Shown here: positions 63,594 to 64,000 of the stretch, in pieces
Numbering within the stretch: the first letter of the stretch is position 1
Layout of the letters: every line of letters starts with the position of its first letter
DNA from: Mizuhopecten yessoensis
Lineage: Eukaryota
DNA: 64,000 bases
Direction of reading: 5' to 3'
Assembly: GCF_002113885.1 (NCBI RefSeq)
Contig: NW_018407978.1
Span: 216,693 to 280,692, forward strand
Made by a program: the position numbers and the translations under genes
Notes under the pieces: generated by a model
What the model was told of the DNA's origin: nothing
Seen by the model: the letters and a program-made list of their open reading frames with translations, nothing else
Databases searched by the model: none

Positions 63594-64000
63594 GTGAGAC
63601 TTTAATTTCTTCAAGCTAGCTCCTTTTTTAAAAATATTATAAAAGGCTGAACAGCTGTTGAACATAGGAATTTAACGTGTATGGTCAGTTTTAGCTGACT
63701 AAAGTACAACCTGCCGATTGAGCTATATATATATATATATATAGTTATAAAGACCTTATAGCTATATTCACCTATAAAATATAAATTATCTGATTATAGC
63801 TGTATTGACCTATATTTTCTCATATTTCAATTTTCATTAGATTAAAGCTAAGTCGCATAAAACAATAAGGTTTACGGTAATGTTGACTACAAAAAGAATA
63901 TATATACAGTTAGATGTTTATTTTCATTTTTCATAAATGTAAAATATTTCCGAAATTTTTAAACAATTTTTACATATTTTCTATAAACAATAAATATATT

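Overview
AT-rich, intron-containing animal genomic DNA. The repeat families are typical of bivalve molluscs, but that assignment is an inference. Six protein-coding genes were reconstructed by hand, and every modelled coding intron is GT-AG and phase-consistent. They are: a galactose-3-O-sulfotransferase (GAL3ST-like, minus, 2 coding exons); an F-box/LRR-like protein (FBXO39/FBXO33-like, plus, 3 exons); SKA2 (minus, 9 exons) with a Ska1-like C-terminal domain; PRR11 (plus, 8-10 exons), head-to-head with SKA2 as in human; an unusual BTB-BACK-jacalin-acidic-tail gene (minus); and exon 1 of a PA-TM-RING-type E3 ligase (plus). Intergenic and intronic space holds a 7.1-kb 35/30-bp satellite, several minisatellites, LINE, Penelope and Tc1 remnants, MITEs, and tRNA-LTR miniature retrotransposons. 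Three observations stand out. (i) A ~75-copy 50-bp array in a PRR11 intron is an amplified 3' splice site, and nearly every decoy copy leads to an in-frame stop. (ii) A 4-kb Mutator/Foldback-like element has split an apparently ~100-bp bidirectional promoter. (iii) The BTB-BACK-jacalin protein is a candidate CUL3 adaptor. Most short ORFs in the supplied track are not genes.
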